From positions 192,001-256,000 of the forward strand of contig CAWDPO010000046.1 in the NCBI GenBank assembly GCA_963804165.1: a stretch of 64,000 nt of DNA, in the 5' to 3' direction. The notes under the pieces were generated by a model. It saw only the letters and a list, made by a program, of their open reading frames with translations, was not told where the DNA came from and searched no databases. The stretch comes from an uncultured delta proteobacterium. Its GTDB lineage: Bacteria; Desulfobacterota; Binatia; UBA9968. A program made the translations under genes and the position numbers. Of this stretch, positions 50,452 through 62,077 are shown in pieces. The number at the start of each line of letters is the position of its first letter. The stretch's first letter is position 1.

Positions 50452-51372
50452 GTGAAACTGTGCCTGGGACTCGCGCTCGTGTTCTCGCTCGTCCAAGCGG
50501 CGCAGCTACATTCTGGTAGTGCGGTGGCGGTGCAATGGCCGAGGACGGTTGAGGTGCTTCAGGGCGGACTGACGGAGGTTCACGTGAGTGGCCAGAATCT
50601 GGCAGGCGTTGAGGGACGGTTGCATACCACGCCGATTTTTTTCTATCTCAGCGGCGCGGATTCTTTTACGGCGATCATCGGCGCCGATGTCGAAGCCAAG
50701 CCCGGGTCGTCCAAGCTTGTGCTGAGGGCGACCAATCGGGCCGGCACGTCGGTGGATCGCGTCATCCCATTCAAGGTCAAGGCGAAAGCATTCCGAACGG
50801 AATCCTTTAATGTTCCTCCAGCCTTCGACGAGATGAGTTCAGAAACGCTCGAAGAGATTCGCCGCGAGCAGGCGGCATTCGCGCGGACGTTTGCGTTTTC
50901 TGCTCCCGAACGACTATGGGAAGCCCCGTTTGAGCGTCCCGTCCCGCAGGAGGCGTCAGCATCCTCCTTCGGATCGCGCCGAGTGATCAACGGCACGCCC
51001 CGCGCGCCCCACAGCGGGACGGATCTGTCCGCGCCGATGGCCACTGAAGTGTTAGCGGCCAATCACGGCCGAGTGGCGTTGGTGGGTAATTTTTTCTTCG
51101 CGGGCGGCAGCGTCGTTCTCGACCACGGCGGAGGGCTTTTCACCATGTATTTTCATCTATCGGAATTCAAAATAGAAGAAGGCGCGTTGGTTCAGCGCGG
51201 CGACGTCATCGCTTTATCAGGATCTTCCGGGCGTGTCACTGGACCGCATCTGCACTGGGGCGCGCGCCTGGCCAATGCGCGGATCGATCCGCTCCAGCTG
51301 CTCAGCAAAATTTCAGTTGACTCGGCACGCGGCGGTAATTTCAAATCGGTCATTAACCCGACGGAGAAGTGA
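50452..51372 (+). CDS. Exported M23 metallopeptidase
   Basis: HSGTD, YFHLS, TGPHLHW. Confidence 0.92.
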   Translation: MKLCLGLALVFSLVQAAQLHSGSAVAVQWPRTVEVLQGGLTEVHVSGQNLAGVEGRLHTTPIFFYLSGADSFTAIIGADVEAKPGSSKLVLRATNRAGTSVDRVIPFKVKAKAFRTESFNVPPAFDEMSSETLEEIRREQAAFARTFAFSAPERLWEAPFERPVPQEASASSFGSRRVINGTPRAPHSGTDLSAPMATEVLAANHGRVALVGNFFFAGGSVVLDHGGGLFTMYFHLSEFKIEEGALVQRGDVIALSGSSGRVTGPHLHWGARLANARIDPLQLLSKISVDSARGGNFKSVINPTEK

Positions 51373-51373
51373 C

Positions 51374-51637
51374 ATGGCGCGCAAAGAAACGGTAAATAAG
51401 ACGTTCGAATCGGCGCTAGAAGACATCGAGCAAGTCGTCGAGCAATTAGAAACGGGCGAGCTTTCACTCGAAGACTCGTTAGCCGCTTTCGAGAAGGGTG
51501 TGGGTCTAACCAAATATTGTTACCAGAAACTTGACGAAGTGGAGAAGAAAATCGAACTGCTAGTGAAAGACAAAGAAGGCAAGTTTCAATTGAAAAACTT
51601 CGAAGAACCTGGCGATAAGATGAGCAACGACGATTGA
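51374..51637 (+). CDS. xseB: Exodeoxyribonuclease VII small subunit
   Basis: FESALEDIE..LETGELSLEDSL..FEKG. Confidence 0.95.
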   Translation: MARKETVNKTFESALEDIEQVVEQLETGELSLEDSLAAFEKGVGLTKYCYQKLDEVEKKIELLVKDKEGKFQLKNFEEPGDKMSNDD

Positions 51638-51984
51638 TCTTAGCGTGATCGCGACACTGTTAATTCCACGCTCACAGACTACAGATGCGATCACATCGTC
51701 GCGCTCCCCAAAAAACCGCATTTAGGAGTCAAGGACCTGGGTTATATCGAAATTGAGCCATGAATCACGCAATGTTTCGTCGATCGCTAAGTACTGAAAA
51801 GATCGAGCCGCTGTGGTCTGTCGGATACGTTCAAGGCGCTGACAAGCCCAATCCGATTTTGACTCCCATGGGACTATCCTGCCACATTAACGTGAATGAT
51901 TGTTACGGAAATTTGAAGGAATTGATCTGTTGATGCTAAAATAAGCAAGATGTGGGATTTACTCGATCACAAGCGGCGATTTAG

Positions 51985-52926
51985 ATGACGGCGGATTCGA
52001 TGTGCAATTTCGATCTGACTGATTACCTGCATAGGCAATCCGCCACCGTTGACCACGCGCTCGAACACTACCTGAGCAAGTACCCGGGAGCCTCGCAGAC
52101 GATATTTCGCGCGATGCGGTACGGAATTTTTCCTGGAGGTAAGCGAATTCGACCGGTTCTAACCCTTGCGGTCGGCGATTTGTTTGGTGCTGCACAGCAT
52201 CTCGTATTACCCTTTGCGTGTGCCGTTGAAATGATTCACGCCTACTCTCTGATTCATGACGACCTTCCCGCGCTGGACGATGACGATCTGCGCCGCGGGG
52301 AGCCTGCCGCGCATAAAGTCTTTGGCGAGGGCATGGCGTTATTGGCGGGGGATGGATTGTTGACCGAAGCTTTTCGTTTAATGGCCGACGCGGAGGCGAT
52401 GCGCGGTTTAGCCGCGGACGTCGTAGTTGAGGTGATTCGTGAATTGGCGCAGGCCGCCGGCGCGCTGGGTCTGGTCGGCGGGCAGGCGCTCGACTTAGAA
52501 GCGGAAGAGAAAGACGTAGATTTGCCTACCGTTGAAATGATTCATGTGCGGAAAACCGGCGCACTGATTCTTGCGTCGATTCGGATCGGCGCGCAGCTGG
52601 GCGGCGCCGCACCTGGCGATTTGACGAAAATCTCACGCTATGGCGAGTATCTCGGCTTGGCATTCCAAATCGCCGACGACATCCTGGACGCCCAGGAGGG
52701 GGCGGTGACCGAGTCCGGTCACAAAGAACGAAAAAAGGCGACGTATCCTTCGGTCGTAGGACTCACCTCGGCCCGGAATCGATTGAAAGAACTATTACAA
52801 TTATCATTAGCCGAACTGGAGCCGTTCGGCGTGCGCGCGCAGCCGCTCGCCGCTATAGCCGGGCATATAGTCAATCGAGTCATTCAAACCGAGATTGAAT
52901 TTCCGGCAAAGGAGACCCATGGATAA
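51985..52926 (+). CDS. ispA: Farnesyl/geranylgeranyl diphosphate synthase
   Basis: [34 protein letters not shown]. Confidence 0.95.
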   Translation: MTADSMCNFDLTDYLHRQSATVDHALEHYLSKYPGASQTIFRAMRYGIFPGGKRIRPVLTLAVGDLFGAAQHLVLPFACAVEMIHAYSLIHDDLPALDDDDLRRGEPAAHKVFGEGMALLAGDGLLTEAFRLMADAEAMRGLAADVVVEVIRELAQAAGALGLVGGQALDLEAEEKDVDLPTVEMIHVRKTGALILASIRIGAQLGGAAPGDLTKISRYGEYLGLAFQIADDILDAQEGAVTESGHKERKKATYPSVVGLTSARNRLKELLQLSLAELEPFGVRAQPLAAIAGHIVNRVIQTEIEFPAKETHG

Positions 52927-54844
52927 AGTGACGCGGTTGTTGGATGAGGTTGAATTCCCGAGTGACATTCGCGGGTTTTCTATTGAGCAATTGAACCAGC
53001 TTGCCGCTGAGATCCGAGAAGAAGTCATCTCGGTCGTCTCGGAGGTGGGAGGCCACTTTGCCTCGACGCTCGGCGCGGTCGAATTGACGCTCGCGCTGCA
53101 CTATGTGTTTCGCACACCGGAAGACCGCATCGTGTGGGACACGGGCCACCAAGCCTACGCGCATAAACTGATCTGCGGGCGGCGCGATCGTCTGGCGACG
53201 ATTCGCCAACTTAACGGCCTGAGCGGATTTTTAAGCCGGGAAGAAAGTGAATACGATGTTTTCGGCGCGGGTCACGCCGGGACGTCGATCCCGGCGGCTT
53301 TGGGAATGGTCGAAGCGAAATTTCTCGAAGGATCGAATCGTAAAGTCGTCGCCGTGATCAGCGATGGCTGCTTGAGCGCGGGTCTGACTTATGAGGGACT
53401 GAATTCCGCGGGCCATCTCGATCGCGATTTAATTGTCGTGCTGAACGACAACGAACATTTCATCGATCCCAGAGTCGGCGCCGTGTCTTCCTTCCTCAGT
53501 AAACAATTTACCACGGATTTAGGGGTTCGCCTGCAGAAGAACCTGTCAAATCTGCTGCGCAATTTGCCCAGCGGCGAAAATCTCAAACACGCGGCGCGCA
53601 AGCTGCGCGACTCGTTTTTGGGTTTGGTGACGCCCGGGTTTTTGTTCGAGAGTCTCGGGTTTCAATATGTCGGACCGATCGACGGCCACAACCTGAGTGA
53701 AATGATCACGACGCTGGAAAACGTCAAGAAAATCGAAGGGCCGACGCTCGTGCATATCATGACGAAAAAGGGCAAAGGCTATGCGCCAGCGGAACAAGAT
53801 CCGATCAAGTTTCACGCCGTGACGCCGTTTCACGTGCTCACGGGCAAGGCGAAGAAAGAAAAGGGACCGATTCCGACGTACACGGAGGTGTTCGGCCAAT
53901 CGCTCCTCCGCATCGCTAGACATAATCCCAAAGTTGTCGGCATCACCGCAGCTATGGGCAGCGGCACGGGCATCGATCGACTCGCGCGTGAGATTCCCGA
54001 ACGCACCTACGATGTCGGTATCGCCGAGCAGCACGCGGTGACTTTCGCCGGTGGCTTGGCGACGGAAGGTTTCATTCCGGTGGTGGCGATCTATTCGACG
54101 TTTTTGCAACGTGGCTACGACGAGATCTTGCACGACGTTTGCCTGCAAAATCTCCATGTGGTGTTCGCCCTGGACCGCGGTGGGCTGGTGGGCGCGGACG
54201 GGCCGACGCATCATGGAGTTTTCGACTTTGCTTATATGCGTTCGATGCCGAGCATCGTCATCATGGCGCCGAAGGACGAGAACGAATTGCAACATATGCT
54301 CAAGACCGCTGTTGAGTATTCCGGTCCGATCTCTTTGCGCTATCCACGCGGTGAAGGTTGGGGTGTCACGCTGGACGCCGAGACGAAGAGTCTGGAAATC
54401 GGTAGGGCTGAGTTGTTGCGTGAGGGTGGCGATGTAGTCATCGCGGCGATCGGCCAAACAGTTATCCCAGCGCTGAAGGCCGCGCAGGATCTCGCGCCGC
54501 TCGGTATCAACGCCGCGGTCGTCAACGCTCGCTTCGTCAAACCTCTGGACAAGGACTTGTTTCGTGACTTACTGACTCGCGTGCCGCGGCTGATCACGGT
54601 CGAAGATCACGTGATTGCCGGCGGTTTCGGCAGCGCGGTCATCGAATTCCTAGCTGACGAGGGCATCAGCGGTGTTGAAGTCAAGCGGCTCGGCGTGCCT
54701 GACCGATTTATTCCGCACGGCACCCAGGATGAGCTTAGAAAAATGTGCGGCTTCGATAAGGATGCGATCGCCCAGGCGGTGTTGCAGATGGTTCGACGCG
54801 GCAAGAAACGAAGCAGGGAGGGATGGGAAAGAGGCAGCGCTTAG
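52919..54844 (+). CDS. dxs: 1-deoxy-D-xylulose-5-phosphate synthase
   Basis: WDTGHQAYAHK, GAGHAGTS, IAEQHAV, DGPTHHG. Confidence 0.98.
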   Translation: MDKVTRLLDEVEFPSDIRGFSIEQLNQLAAEIREEVISVVSEVGGHFASTLGAVELTLALHYVFRTPEDRIVWDTGHQAYAHKLICGRRDRLATIRQLNGLSGFLSREESEYDVFGAGHAGTSIPAALGMVEAKFLEGSNRKVVAVISDGCLSAGLTYEGLNSAGHLDRDLIVVLNDNEHFIDPRVGAVSSFLSKQFTTDLGVRLQKNLSNLLRNLPSGENLKHAARKLRDSFLGLVTPGFLFESLGFQYVGPIDGHNLSEMITTLENVKKIEGPTLVHIMTKKGKGYAPAEQDPIKFHAVTPFHVLTGKAKKEKGPIPTYTEVFGQSLLRIARHNPKVVGITAAMGSGTGIDRLAREIPERTYDVGIAEQHAVTFAGGLATEGFIPVVAIYSTFLQRGYDEILHDVCLQNLHVVFALDRGGLVGADGPTHHGVFDFAYMRSMPSIVIMAPKDENELQHMLKTAVEYSGPISLRYPRGEGWGVTLDAETKSLEIGRAELLREGGDVVIAAIGQTVIPALKAAQDLAPLGINAAVVNARFVKPLDKDLFRDLLTRVPRLITVEDHVIAGGFGSAVIEFLADEGISGVEVKRLGVPDRFIPHGTQDELRKMCGFDKDAIAQAVLQMVRRGKKRSREGWERGSA

Positions 54845-55560
54845 ATCTTTTGCTGGTCGATCGCGGGCTTGTCGATAGCCGCGAAGTCGGCCGTCGCAAG
54901 ATTTTGGCCGGCGAAGTGCTGGTCGATGATCAACCGGTCACGAAGGCCGGTAGTCTGATCGATATTGGCGCGCGCGTAACTCTCAAGTCCGCGCCTCGCT
55001 ACGTCAGCCGTGGCGGGCTAAAACTTGAAAAAGCTCTGCAAGAATTCTCGATTAAATTGCGCGGAAAGACGGTGCTCGATGTTGGCGCATCCACGGGTGG
55101 ATTTACCGACTGTTTGTTAACCCACGGCGCGGCTAAAGTATTTGCGATCGACGTTGGCTACGGTCAGTTCGATTGGAAACTACGCAACGATTCACGCGTG
55201 TTGCTCCTCGAGAAAACCAATATCCGTTATCTCGACATTGGGCGCTTACCGTATGCTGCGGAGTTGGCGACGATCGACGTGTCCTTTATCTCGCTCACCT
55301 TGGTCTTACCCCGCGTAAAAGCGCTGCTCGCACCCGTTCACGAGATCATCGCTCTGATCAAACCGCAGTTCGAAGTCGGCAAAGGCAAAGTCGGCAAAGG
55401 CGGAGTGGTGCGTTTGCCGGAAGAACGTACGCGCGTGATCGGCCAAATCCAAGACGCGGCGATAGGCTTGGGCTATCAGGTGCATGGCCTGATCGAATCG
55501 CCGCTGCTCGGGCCAAAGGGAAACAAGGAGTTCTTGGTCTACCTTGGCATCGACGGATGA
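54823..55560 (+). CDS. tlyA: TlyA family RNA methyltransferase
   Basis: S4 domain, YVSRGGLKL, DVGASTGGFTD, IKPQFE. Confidence 0.96.
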   Translation: MGKRQRLDLLLVDRGLVDSREVGRRKILAGEVLVDDQPVTKAGSLIDIGARVTLKSAPRYVSRGGLKLEKALQEFSIKLRGKTVLDVGASTGGFTDCLLTHGAAKVFAIDVGYGQFDWKLRNDSRVLLLEKTNIRYLDIGRLPYAAELATIDVSFISLTLVLPRVKALLAPVHEIIALIKPQFEVGKGKVGKGGVVRLPEERTRVIGQIQDAAIGLGYQVHGLIESPLLGPKGNKEFLVYLGIDG

Positions 55561-55634
55561 AGCTTGTGCGGATCGTCGCGCAAGCTTCGCGGTAATCAGG
55601 CGTTGTTCAATGACACAATTTGATTGTCAGTAAT

Positions 55635-56363
55635 ATGGCCGGTTTTAAGAGAATCGCGCATCGTGGCGCGTCAGGTCAATATCCAGAAAACACCGCTCTG
55701 GCTTTCAAAAAAGCCATCGAGGCAGGGGTCGATATGATCGAGCTCGATTGCCAGCTTTCTCAAGATGGCCATGTGGTTGTCTTTCATGATGAACGATTGA
55801 CACGCACCGCCGGCGTTAGAGGTGCCGTCAGAAGCAAGACCTTGGCGCAACTAAAGAGACTTGATATCGGGCGGTGGCGCAAAGAATCTTTCAAAGGCGA
55901 GCGCATTTTGACCTTGGAGGAAGCCTTGGAGTGCATGGCTGGTAACGCGGATCTTTGTCTCGAAATTAAATCCTACGCCGACTCGGAGCCAGGGATTGAG
56001 CTCAAGATTTTGTTCATCGTCAGTCACTATGATTATCTGGATCGAACGATCATTTCGTCATTTAATTATCATTGTCTCTCCCGCGTGCGAGAGTTGGCTC
56101 CGGAGGCATCGATCGGAATCCTTTTCGGTTCTAACGTCAACGATAACCCTTTCGAAGCGGCCAGGCGGCTGGCGGCGAATTCGATCCAAGTCCAAAAGCA
56201 AAACGTCACGGGGGAGTTTTTATCGCGAGCATGGGAGGACGGGTTGGACGTCTACGTCTGGACGGTGAACGAGGTTAAAGATATGGAAGCGTTGATTTCG
56301 CTAGGCGTGCAGGGTTTGATCTCGGACTTTCCAGAGCGATTTAGAAAATTCAGATGCGGCTGA
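55635..56363 (+). CDS. Glycerophosphodiester phosphodiesterase
   Basis: IAHRGAS..PENT, IELD, FHD, EIK, WTVN, ISDFP. Confidence 0.95.
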   Translation: MAGFKRIAHRGASGQYPENTALAFKKAIEAGVDMIELDCQLSQDGHVVVFHDERLTRTAGVRGAVRSKTLAQLKRLDIGRWRKESFKGERILTLEEALECMAGNADLCLEIKSYADSEPGIELKILFIVSHYDYLDRTIISSFNYHCLSRVRELAPEASIGILFGSNVNDNPFEAARRLAANSIQVQKQNVTGEFLSRAWEDGLDVYVWTVNEVKDMEALISLGVQGLISDFPERFRKFRCG

Positions 56364-56535
56364 AGGCTCGGACGTGGCTGAACGCCGAAGGCTGTTGGCA
56401 AGTCCGTTGCGAATTTTTATATGTAGTCAAATTTTCATGCTAAGGCATGATTAGCTAATTGCTCTTGGCGCTTTGATAGAAGTGGTCATTCGTTCATCAA
56501 TTGCCTTCAAACCGTTCATTTTTAAAGTGAATTGC

Positions 56536-56563
56536 TTGACTTGGGAAGTAAATGCGCTAGAAT
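56536..56563 (+). promoter_or_regulatory. Putative sigma70 promoter of rpsU-dnaG-rpoD operon
   Basis: TTGACT-N16-TAGAAT upstream of rpsU. Confidence 0.6.
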
Positions 56564-56614
56564 CACCCGCTGACATGTAAATGGTCAGTCGGCGATCGGG
56601 GGTGATGCAGGTTT

Positions 56615-56809
56615 ATGACCGGAGTCCGAGTTCGAGAAAACGAATCCATTGAAAGCGCTATCCGACGCTTTAAAAAACTGTGCGAAAAGGCGGGTATCCT
56701 CGCTGAGCTACGCAAGCGAGAACACTACGAAAAACCGAGTGTTAAGAAGAAAAAGAAGGCGATCGCGGCAAAAAAGAGAGCATTGCGACGGGTACGTCAT
56801 TCTTTTTAA
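56615..56809 (+). CDS. rpsU: 30S ribosomal protein S21
   Basis: [15 protein letters not shown]. Confidence 0.98.
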   Translation: MTGVRVRENESIESAIRRFKKLCEKAGILAELRKREHYEKPSVKKKKKAIAAKKRALRRVRHSF

Positions 56810-56842
56810 GATTCCCGTGCGGAGAGTACGTGTCAACTGGCC

Positions 56843-57289
56843 GTGGAACTTAAGGCTGAATTAAAAGAGGCCGTGAAGACCGCGATGAAAGGTGGCGACA
56901 CCGTGACCCTTTCAACGCTCAGGCTTCTTTTATCGGCCGTTCATAACGAGGAAATTAGGGTCAGGAGAGAACTTGTCCCTGAAGAAATTCAACGCACCAT
57001 TGCCACACTTTGTAAACAGCGAACCGAAGCGATTGAATTATACCGCAAGGGCAAGCGAGAGGAGCTTGCGGAGAAAGAGGAGGCCGAGCTGGCGGTGCTC
57101 AAGCGCTACTTGCCTCAGCCGCTCTCCGAAGATGAAATTAGAGGTTTGATTCAAGCTGGTATTGCCGAGGCAAGCGCCAAGGGAATTCAAGATCTTGGTA
57201 AAGTCATGAAGTTGGTTATGCCGAAAGTGGCTGGCAGAAGCGACGGCAAGCAAGTCAACGAGCTGGCAAAAGCGCTTCTGGGTGGCTGA
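56843..57289 (+). CDS. yqeY: GatB/YqeY domain protein
   Basis: AMKGGD..LRLL, KQR, YLPQPLS, GKVMK. Confidence 0.93.
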   Translation: MELKAELKEAVKTAMKGGDTVTLSTLRLLLSAVHNEEIRVRRELVPEEIQRTIATLCKQRTEAIELYRKGKREELAEKEEAELAVLKRYLPQPLSEDEIRGLIQAGIAEASAKGIQDLGKVMKLVMPKVAGRSDGKQVNELAKALLGG

Positions 57290-57486
57290 CGTTCCGGCGC
57301 TGCGCGTGGGACTCCCGGGCAGGCTGAGAAGTCTCCGCGCAGAGATGCATTATTCAGATCGCGCATTGGCGATTGTTTGCTTTTCGGGACGTGTCCAGGG
57401 CGAAATGATTTCGTGAGGCTTTGATACGCGGCGCGCATGCAGACTCTGAAATTGACCGAACCGCGCATCCGCGGTGGTTTCTGCTC

Positions 57487-58020
57487 GTGAATGGGGTCGA
57501 TCTGATTCTCGTCCTAGTGCTGGCCCTCTTTGGCCTGAGGGGATTTTTTCGAGGCCTCTTTCGAGAAATTTTGTCTGTGGTAGGTTTAATTGCCGGTTTC
57601 ATGTTGGCCGTTGCCTTTCTTCAACCAGTGGCCTCCTATGCCGCGGGTTTCTGGAAAACGCCGCCGTTAATTCTCAAAGGTTCGATCTTCGTCATCATTT
57701 TCTTTCTGGTGTACTTCTTGTTTAATGTTGCTGGCTGGTTGCTGCATCGTTCGGAAAGTCTGTTGTTTCTCAAAACGGTGAATCGCGCCGGAGGTGTCGC
57801 TATGGGCTTAGCCAAGGGCGTGGCTATCGTGGCGTTGATCATCTTTTTTCTGAGCGATGCGGCGTGGTTACCTAAAGCAGGCCGGGAGAAATTTCACGGG
57901 TCATATCTCGTCTCGCCGCTGTCACACTTTGCGGAGAGCCTGATTCGTATTGGCAAACAGAGGGTACTTTATAGCGCGGAGTTGGAGCGGACTTCATCCC
58001 CCGGCGCCAAACGCCTGTAA
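57487..58020 (+). CDS. cvpA: CvpA (colicin V production) family membrane protein
   Basis: GFFRGLFREI, NRAGGVAMGLAKG. Confidence 0.9.
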   Translation: MNGVDLILVLVLALFGLRGFFRGLFREILSVVGLIAGFMLAVAFLQPVASYAAGFWKTPPLILKGSIFVIIFFLVYFLFNVAGWLLHRSESLLFLKTVNRAGGVAMGLAKGVAIVALIIFFLSDAAWLPKAGREKFHGSYLVSPLSHFAESLIRIGKQRVLYSAELERTSSPGAKRL

Positions 58021-58029
58021 CTTCCTGCA

Positions 58030-59829
58030 ATGATTAGCCAGGAAAAAATCGCAGAGATTCGCAATCGCGCTTCGATCGTTGAGGTCGTTTCCGACTACGT
58101 CACCTTAAAAAAGGCGGGCCGCAACTACATGGGGTTATGCCCCTTTCATGCGGAAAAGACGCCGTCGTTTACGGTCAGCGAAGACAAGGGAATCTATCAT
58201 TGTTTCGGCTGCCAAACCGGCGGAAGCATTTTTCATTTTCTGATGCAGTACGATCAGTTGACTTTTCCCGAAGCGGTCGAGCGAGTAGCGAAACGTTACG
58301 GGATCATCGTCGAGCGAAGTGATCGGCAATTGACTTCTGACGGGTCCGGCGAGCGCGAGCTTCTCTATCGAATTAACGAGCGTGCTGCCGCCAACTACCA
58401 GAAAATACTTTTTCACCATCCGGACGGCGCCAAGGCTTTAGGGTATTTGAAATCCCGGGGTGTCGACGAAGCAACTGCGCGCAAATTTATGTTGGGCTAT
58501 GCGCCTCAGGGTGGTTCGGGACTTGTTAATCTGCTCCGGCAGGAAAAGATTGCGCTGCAAGACGTACTCCGTCTCGGCTTGATCGGTCAGCGCGGGCCGC
58601 AAGAATTTTACGAAAAATTTTTTGCTCGGGTTATCTTTCCAATCGCCAATCCGGCAGGAAAAATCGTCGCCTTCGGTGGCCGTGTGCTCGACCAAGGCCT
58701 TCCCAAGTATCTGAATTCGAGCGAAACACCTCTTTTCCACAAAGGCGCAACTCTCTACGGGCTTTATCAAGCAAAGGATGGCATCCGCAAATCAGATCGC
58801 GTGGTGGTGGTCGAAGGTTATCTCGATGTCATCGCTTTGTCGCAACACGATATTGGTTACGCCGTCGCAACCCTCGGCACGGCGTTGACAGTGGATCATG
58901 CGCGCGCTCTGTCGCGTTATACGAAGAACATTATCGCGCTATTCGACGGCGATGACGCCGGGCAGAAGGCGGCGGCCCGGAGCTTTGAGATCTTTGTCCA
59001 AGCCGGTCTGCTCGGTCGCGCGGCCTTTTTGCCAAAAGGAGACGATCCCGACACCTTCGTGCGCCGCCACGGCAAAGCGGGGTTGGAAACGGTTCTCGAC
59101 GGAGCCGTGCCGCTGGCGGATTATTTTTTCTCCTGGCTCGAACGCCGTTTTGGCAAAACCCTCGAGGGAAAGAGCCAAATTGCTGGCGAAGTGAGTCGAG
59201 TTTTGACCAAAGTGAGCAATGCTTTCGAAGTCGACTTGCTGGTGCGCCGGGCGGTCGATATGTTGGGAATCCGCGAAGAACTGTTGCGCCGGCCCGCGCC
59301 GGTCGCTGGTTTGCCACGTCGCGACTCTCGCAGCGCAATGGCGACAACGGGAACGGAAGGGAATCGTGACGACGTCGCCGAGCGGTCGCTGGTGAGTTTG
59401 ATGCTGCGAACAACCTCCGCGGTTGCAAAAATTGCCGCGGAGAAGGAGGCAGCGAATTGGTTCGGGCCCAAATGGCGCGGGGTGGTTGACGGAGTAGTGA
59501 GCGAATGGCTAGAAGGTAGGAATGTCGATGTGGCGGGACTCACCCAACGACTGCCCACGAATTTGGCGGGTGAGGTCGCGGCCCTAGCGATGGCAGGAGA
59601 GGATCCGACCGATGCTGAATGCGCCCGAATGATCACAGATTGCCTCGCTCATTTGCGCCGCAAGTATCTCAAGGGAATGGAGCGCGAGTTGCGCATCGCA
59701 ATCCGCGCCGCCGAGGAGCAAAACGACGAGAAAGCTAAGAGAGAAAGGATACTAGAATGGCAAGACCTCGTACGAAAAGAGCGCCAACTAGAACGCCGAA
59801 AGCTCGAGCCGAAGCGACCCGTCCGGTAG
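58030..59829 (+). CDS. dnaG: DNA primase
   Basis: CPFH..CFGC zinc finger, FGGR, KYLNS, VEGYLD, FDGDDAG. Confidence 0.98.
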   Translation: MISQEKIAEIRNRASIVEVVSDYVTLKKAGRNYMGLCPFHAEKTPSFTVSEDKGIYHCFGCQTGGSIFHFLMQYDQLTFPEAVERVAKRYGIIVERSDRQLTSDGSGERELLYRINERAAANYQKILFHHPDGAKALGYLKSRGVDEATARKFMLGYAPQGGSGLVNLLRQEKIALQDVLRLGLIGQRGPQEFYEKFFARVIFPIANPAGKIVAFGGRVLDQGLPKYLNSSETPLFHKGATLYGLYQAKDGIRKSDRVVVVEGYLDVIALSQHDIGYAVATLGTALTVDHARALSRYTKNIIALFDGDDAGQKAAARSFEIFVQAGLLGRAAFLPKGDDPDTFVRRHGKAGLETVLDGAVPLADYFFSWLERRFGKTLEGKSQIAGEVSRVLTKVSNAFEVDLLVRRAVDMLGIREELLRRPAPVAGLPRRDSRSAMATTGTEGNRDDVAERSLVSLMLRTTSAVAKIAAEKEAANWFGPKWRGVVDGVVSEWLEGRNVDVAGLTQRLPTNLAGEVAALAMAGEDPTDAECARMITDCLAHLRRKYLKGMERELRIAIRAAEEQNDEKAKRERILEWQDLVRKERQLERRKLEPKRPVR

Positions 59830-61631
59830 CAAAATCTTTATCCGGCTCAGTCTCCGCCGGGGCGCCGGTGGAAAAGAAGAATCTGAAGGAGGTCAAGAAG
59901 CTCATCGACCTGGGCAAAGAGAAGGGCTATCTGACCTACGACGATGTGAACGACATGCTGCCGGCGGAAGTCGTTTCTCCGGACCAGATCGACGATGTCA
60001 TGTCGATCTTCGGCGAAATGGATATCGAGGTCGTAGATGCCAATCAACGAATGACGCTCGGTGGCGCGGGCGAGGAGCTTGTCGAAGAAGAAGAGGAGGA
60101 AAAAGAAATCGATGGCGACGTGGACGGCGACGTCGTCGGTAAAACCGGAGATCCGGTGCGCATGTATTTGCGCGAGATGGGCACGGTATCGCTACTTAGC
60201 CGCGAGGGCGAAGTCGAAATCGCCAAAAAGATCGAAGAGGGCGAGAACCGGGTTATTAGCGAAGTCTTGTCGAGTCCGTTGGCTCTGACATACATCTTGG
60301 ATCTCGGTGAGAAACTAGCGCAACACGAAATTCGCGTGCGCGAGATTATCAAAGAGGAGGGGGAAGAAGACAGCGAGGACTTCGAGGATGAGGAGGTACA
60401 CGAAAAGAGATTGCTTGATCAGATTGGCAAGATTCGGCGGTTGACCAACGATCGAGAAAAAATCAAGCGCCAACTCGACGGCAAACGAGTATCCGCGCAG
60501 CGGCGCCGCTCGCTTTTAGACAGTGTGACAAAGTACAGCGATAAAATTATCAATGCCCTGATCGGCATGCAGCTTAACCGAAAGCAAACCGAGGCGATCG
60601 CAGACGGACTGAAACGCGCAATGGAGCGAATGCAGTCACTCGAACGGAGAGTCAGAGAATTCGAGCACAGAGTTGGCAAGCCTTCGGCCGAAATCTTGAG
60701 GCTGGTCGCCGACGCCGACGGTCGCAAGAAGAATTGGCAAAAGATCACCGGATCCATGCGCATGGGGCACGACGCGATCGTGCACATGGCCGAGGAGATT
60801 CGTAACGCCCGGCGTGATATACGGCATATCGAGAAAGACCTTGAGATTCCAGTGGACGAGATCAAGCGTCGGGTCTATTCGATCATCGAGGGAGAGACCA
60901 AAGCCAACTTGGCGAAGAAGGAACTGATTGAAGCCAACCTTCGTTTGGTCGTGAGCATCGCCAAGAAATATACCAATCGTGGCTTGCAATTTCTTGATCT
61001 CATCCAGGAGGGTAATATCGGCTTGATGAAAGCCGTGGACAAGTTCGAGTATCAGCGCGGTTATAAATTTTCCACCTATGCGACCTGGTGGATCCGTCAG
61101 GCGATTACCCGAGCGATTGCGGACCAGGCGCGCACGATACGCATTCCCGTCCACATGATCGAAACCATTAATAAATTGATCCGTACGTCGAGATATCTGG
61201 TCCAGGAAATCGGCAGGGAGCCGACCCCGGAGGAGATCGCCACTAAAATGGAGATTCCGCTGGATAAGGTGCGCAAGGTGTTGAAAATCGCGAAAGAGCC
61301 AATTTCGCTAGAGACGCCCGTTGGCGAGGAGGAAGACAGCCATCTTGGTGACTTCATCGAGGACAAGCGCATTATTACCCCCTCTGACGCAGTGGTGAAT
61401 ATTAACTTACAAGAACAAACGCGCAAAGTCTTGGCCACTCTGACACCGCGCGAAGAGCAGGTCTTGCGCATGCGCTTCGGCATCGGCGAAAAATCCGATC
61501 ATACGCTGGAAGAAGTAGGACAGAAATTTACCGTTACGCGAGAGCGGATTCGCCAAATCGAGGCGAAGGCTTTGCGCAAACTCCGTCATCCCAGCCGGAG
61601 CAAACGGCTGAAAAGTTTCATGGAAACTTGA
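59757..61631 (+). CDS. rpoD: Primary sigma factor RpoD
   Basis: [45 protein letters not shown]. Confidence 0.99.
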   Translation: MARPRTKRAPTRTPKARAEATRPVAKSLSGSVSAGAPVEKKNLKEVKKLIDLGKEKGYLTYDDVNDMLPAEVVSPDQIDDVMSIFGEMDIEVVDANQRMTLGGAGEELVEEEEEEKEIDGDVDGDVVGKTGDPVRMYLREMGTVSLLSREGEVEIAKKIEEGENRVISEVLSSPLALTYILDLGEKLAQHEIRVREIIKEEGEEDSEDFEDEEVHEKRLLDQIGKIRRLTNDREKIKRQLDGKRVSAQRRRSLLDSVTKYSDKIINALIGMQLNRKQTEAIADGLKRAMERMQSLERRVREFEHRVGKPSAEILRLVADADGRKKNWQKITGSMRMGHDAIVHMAEEIRNARRDIRHIEKDLEIPVDEIKRRVYSIIEGETKANLAKKELIEANLRLVVSIAKKYTNRGLQFLDLIQEGNIGLMKAVDKFEYQRGYKFSTYATWWIRQAITRAIADQARTIRIPVHMIETINKLIRTSRYLVQEIGREPTPEEIATKMEIPLDKVRKVLKIAKEPISLETPVGEEEDSHLGDFIEDKRIITPSDAVVNINLQEQTRKVLATLTPREEQVLRMRFGIGEKSDHTLEEVGQKFTVTRERIRQIEAKALRKLRHPSRSKRLKSFMET

Positions 61632-61687
61632 GACCGCCCCGCTTGAACCGGCGAAAAAGAACTTCTCACTCTTATTTAATTCTCATC

Positions 61688-61764
61688 GGGCCCATAGCTC
61701 AGTTGGTTAGAGCCACCGGCTCATAACCGGTTGGTCCCTGGTTCGAGTCCAGGTGGGCCCACCA
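61688..61764 (+). tRNA. tRNA with CAT anticodon, probably tRNA-Ile2 (lysidine)
   Basis: Cloverleaf, CCGG-CTCATAA-CCGG arm, paired G1-C72, encoded CCA, typical position after rpoD. Confidence 0.93.
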
Positions 61765-62077
61765 ACTTTCCTTGTCATTGATATCAGCGGTACGATTGTC
61801 GGTGGGTTCAGCCTTGCGTGCTCGCCCGATGCAGATTCCCCGTGGCTAGCGTGTAGATCAAACACGTGAATTTTCTCAACAGTCAGGTCGTTCAACTGGA
61901 GGTTCATCTGGTCGGTCAGAGAGGTATTTTAGACCAAATTTCAATCGGGCTAGCCTGCCTTATTTAGTCCACCTCTAGTGATTTGGAGCATTCGCGTACC
62001 TAGAGCCTTGGGAAATAGGCGACGATTCTGAGACTTCTGAGATAAACCTGTGCTGGTACTACCCTTGCTTTAGTAGC

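Noticed and set aside
61688-61764. Initiator tRNA-fMet or second integration site
   Set aside because: G1-C72 is paired and the three consecutive G-C anticodon-stem pairs are absent; no duplicate fragment or integrase nearby.
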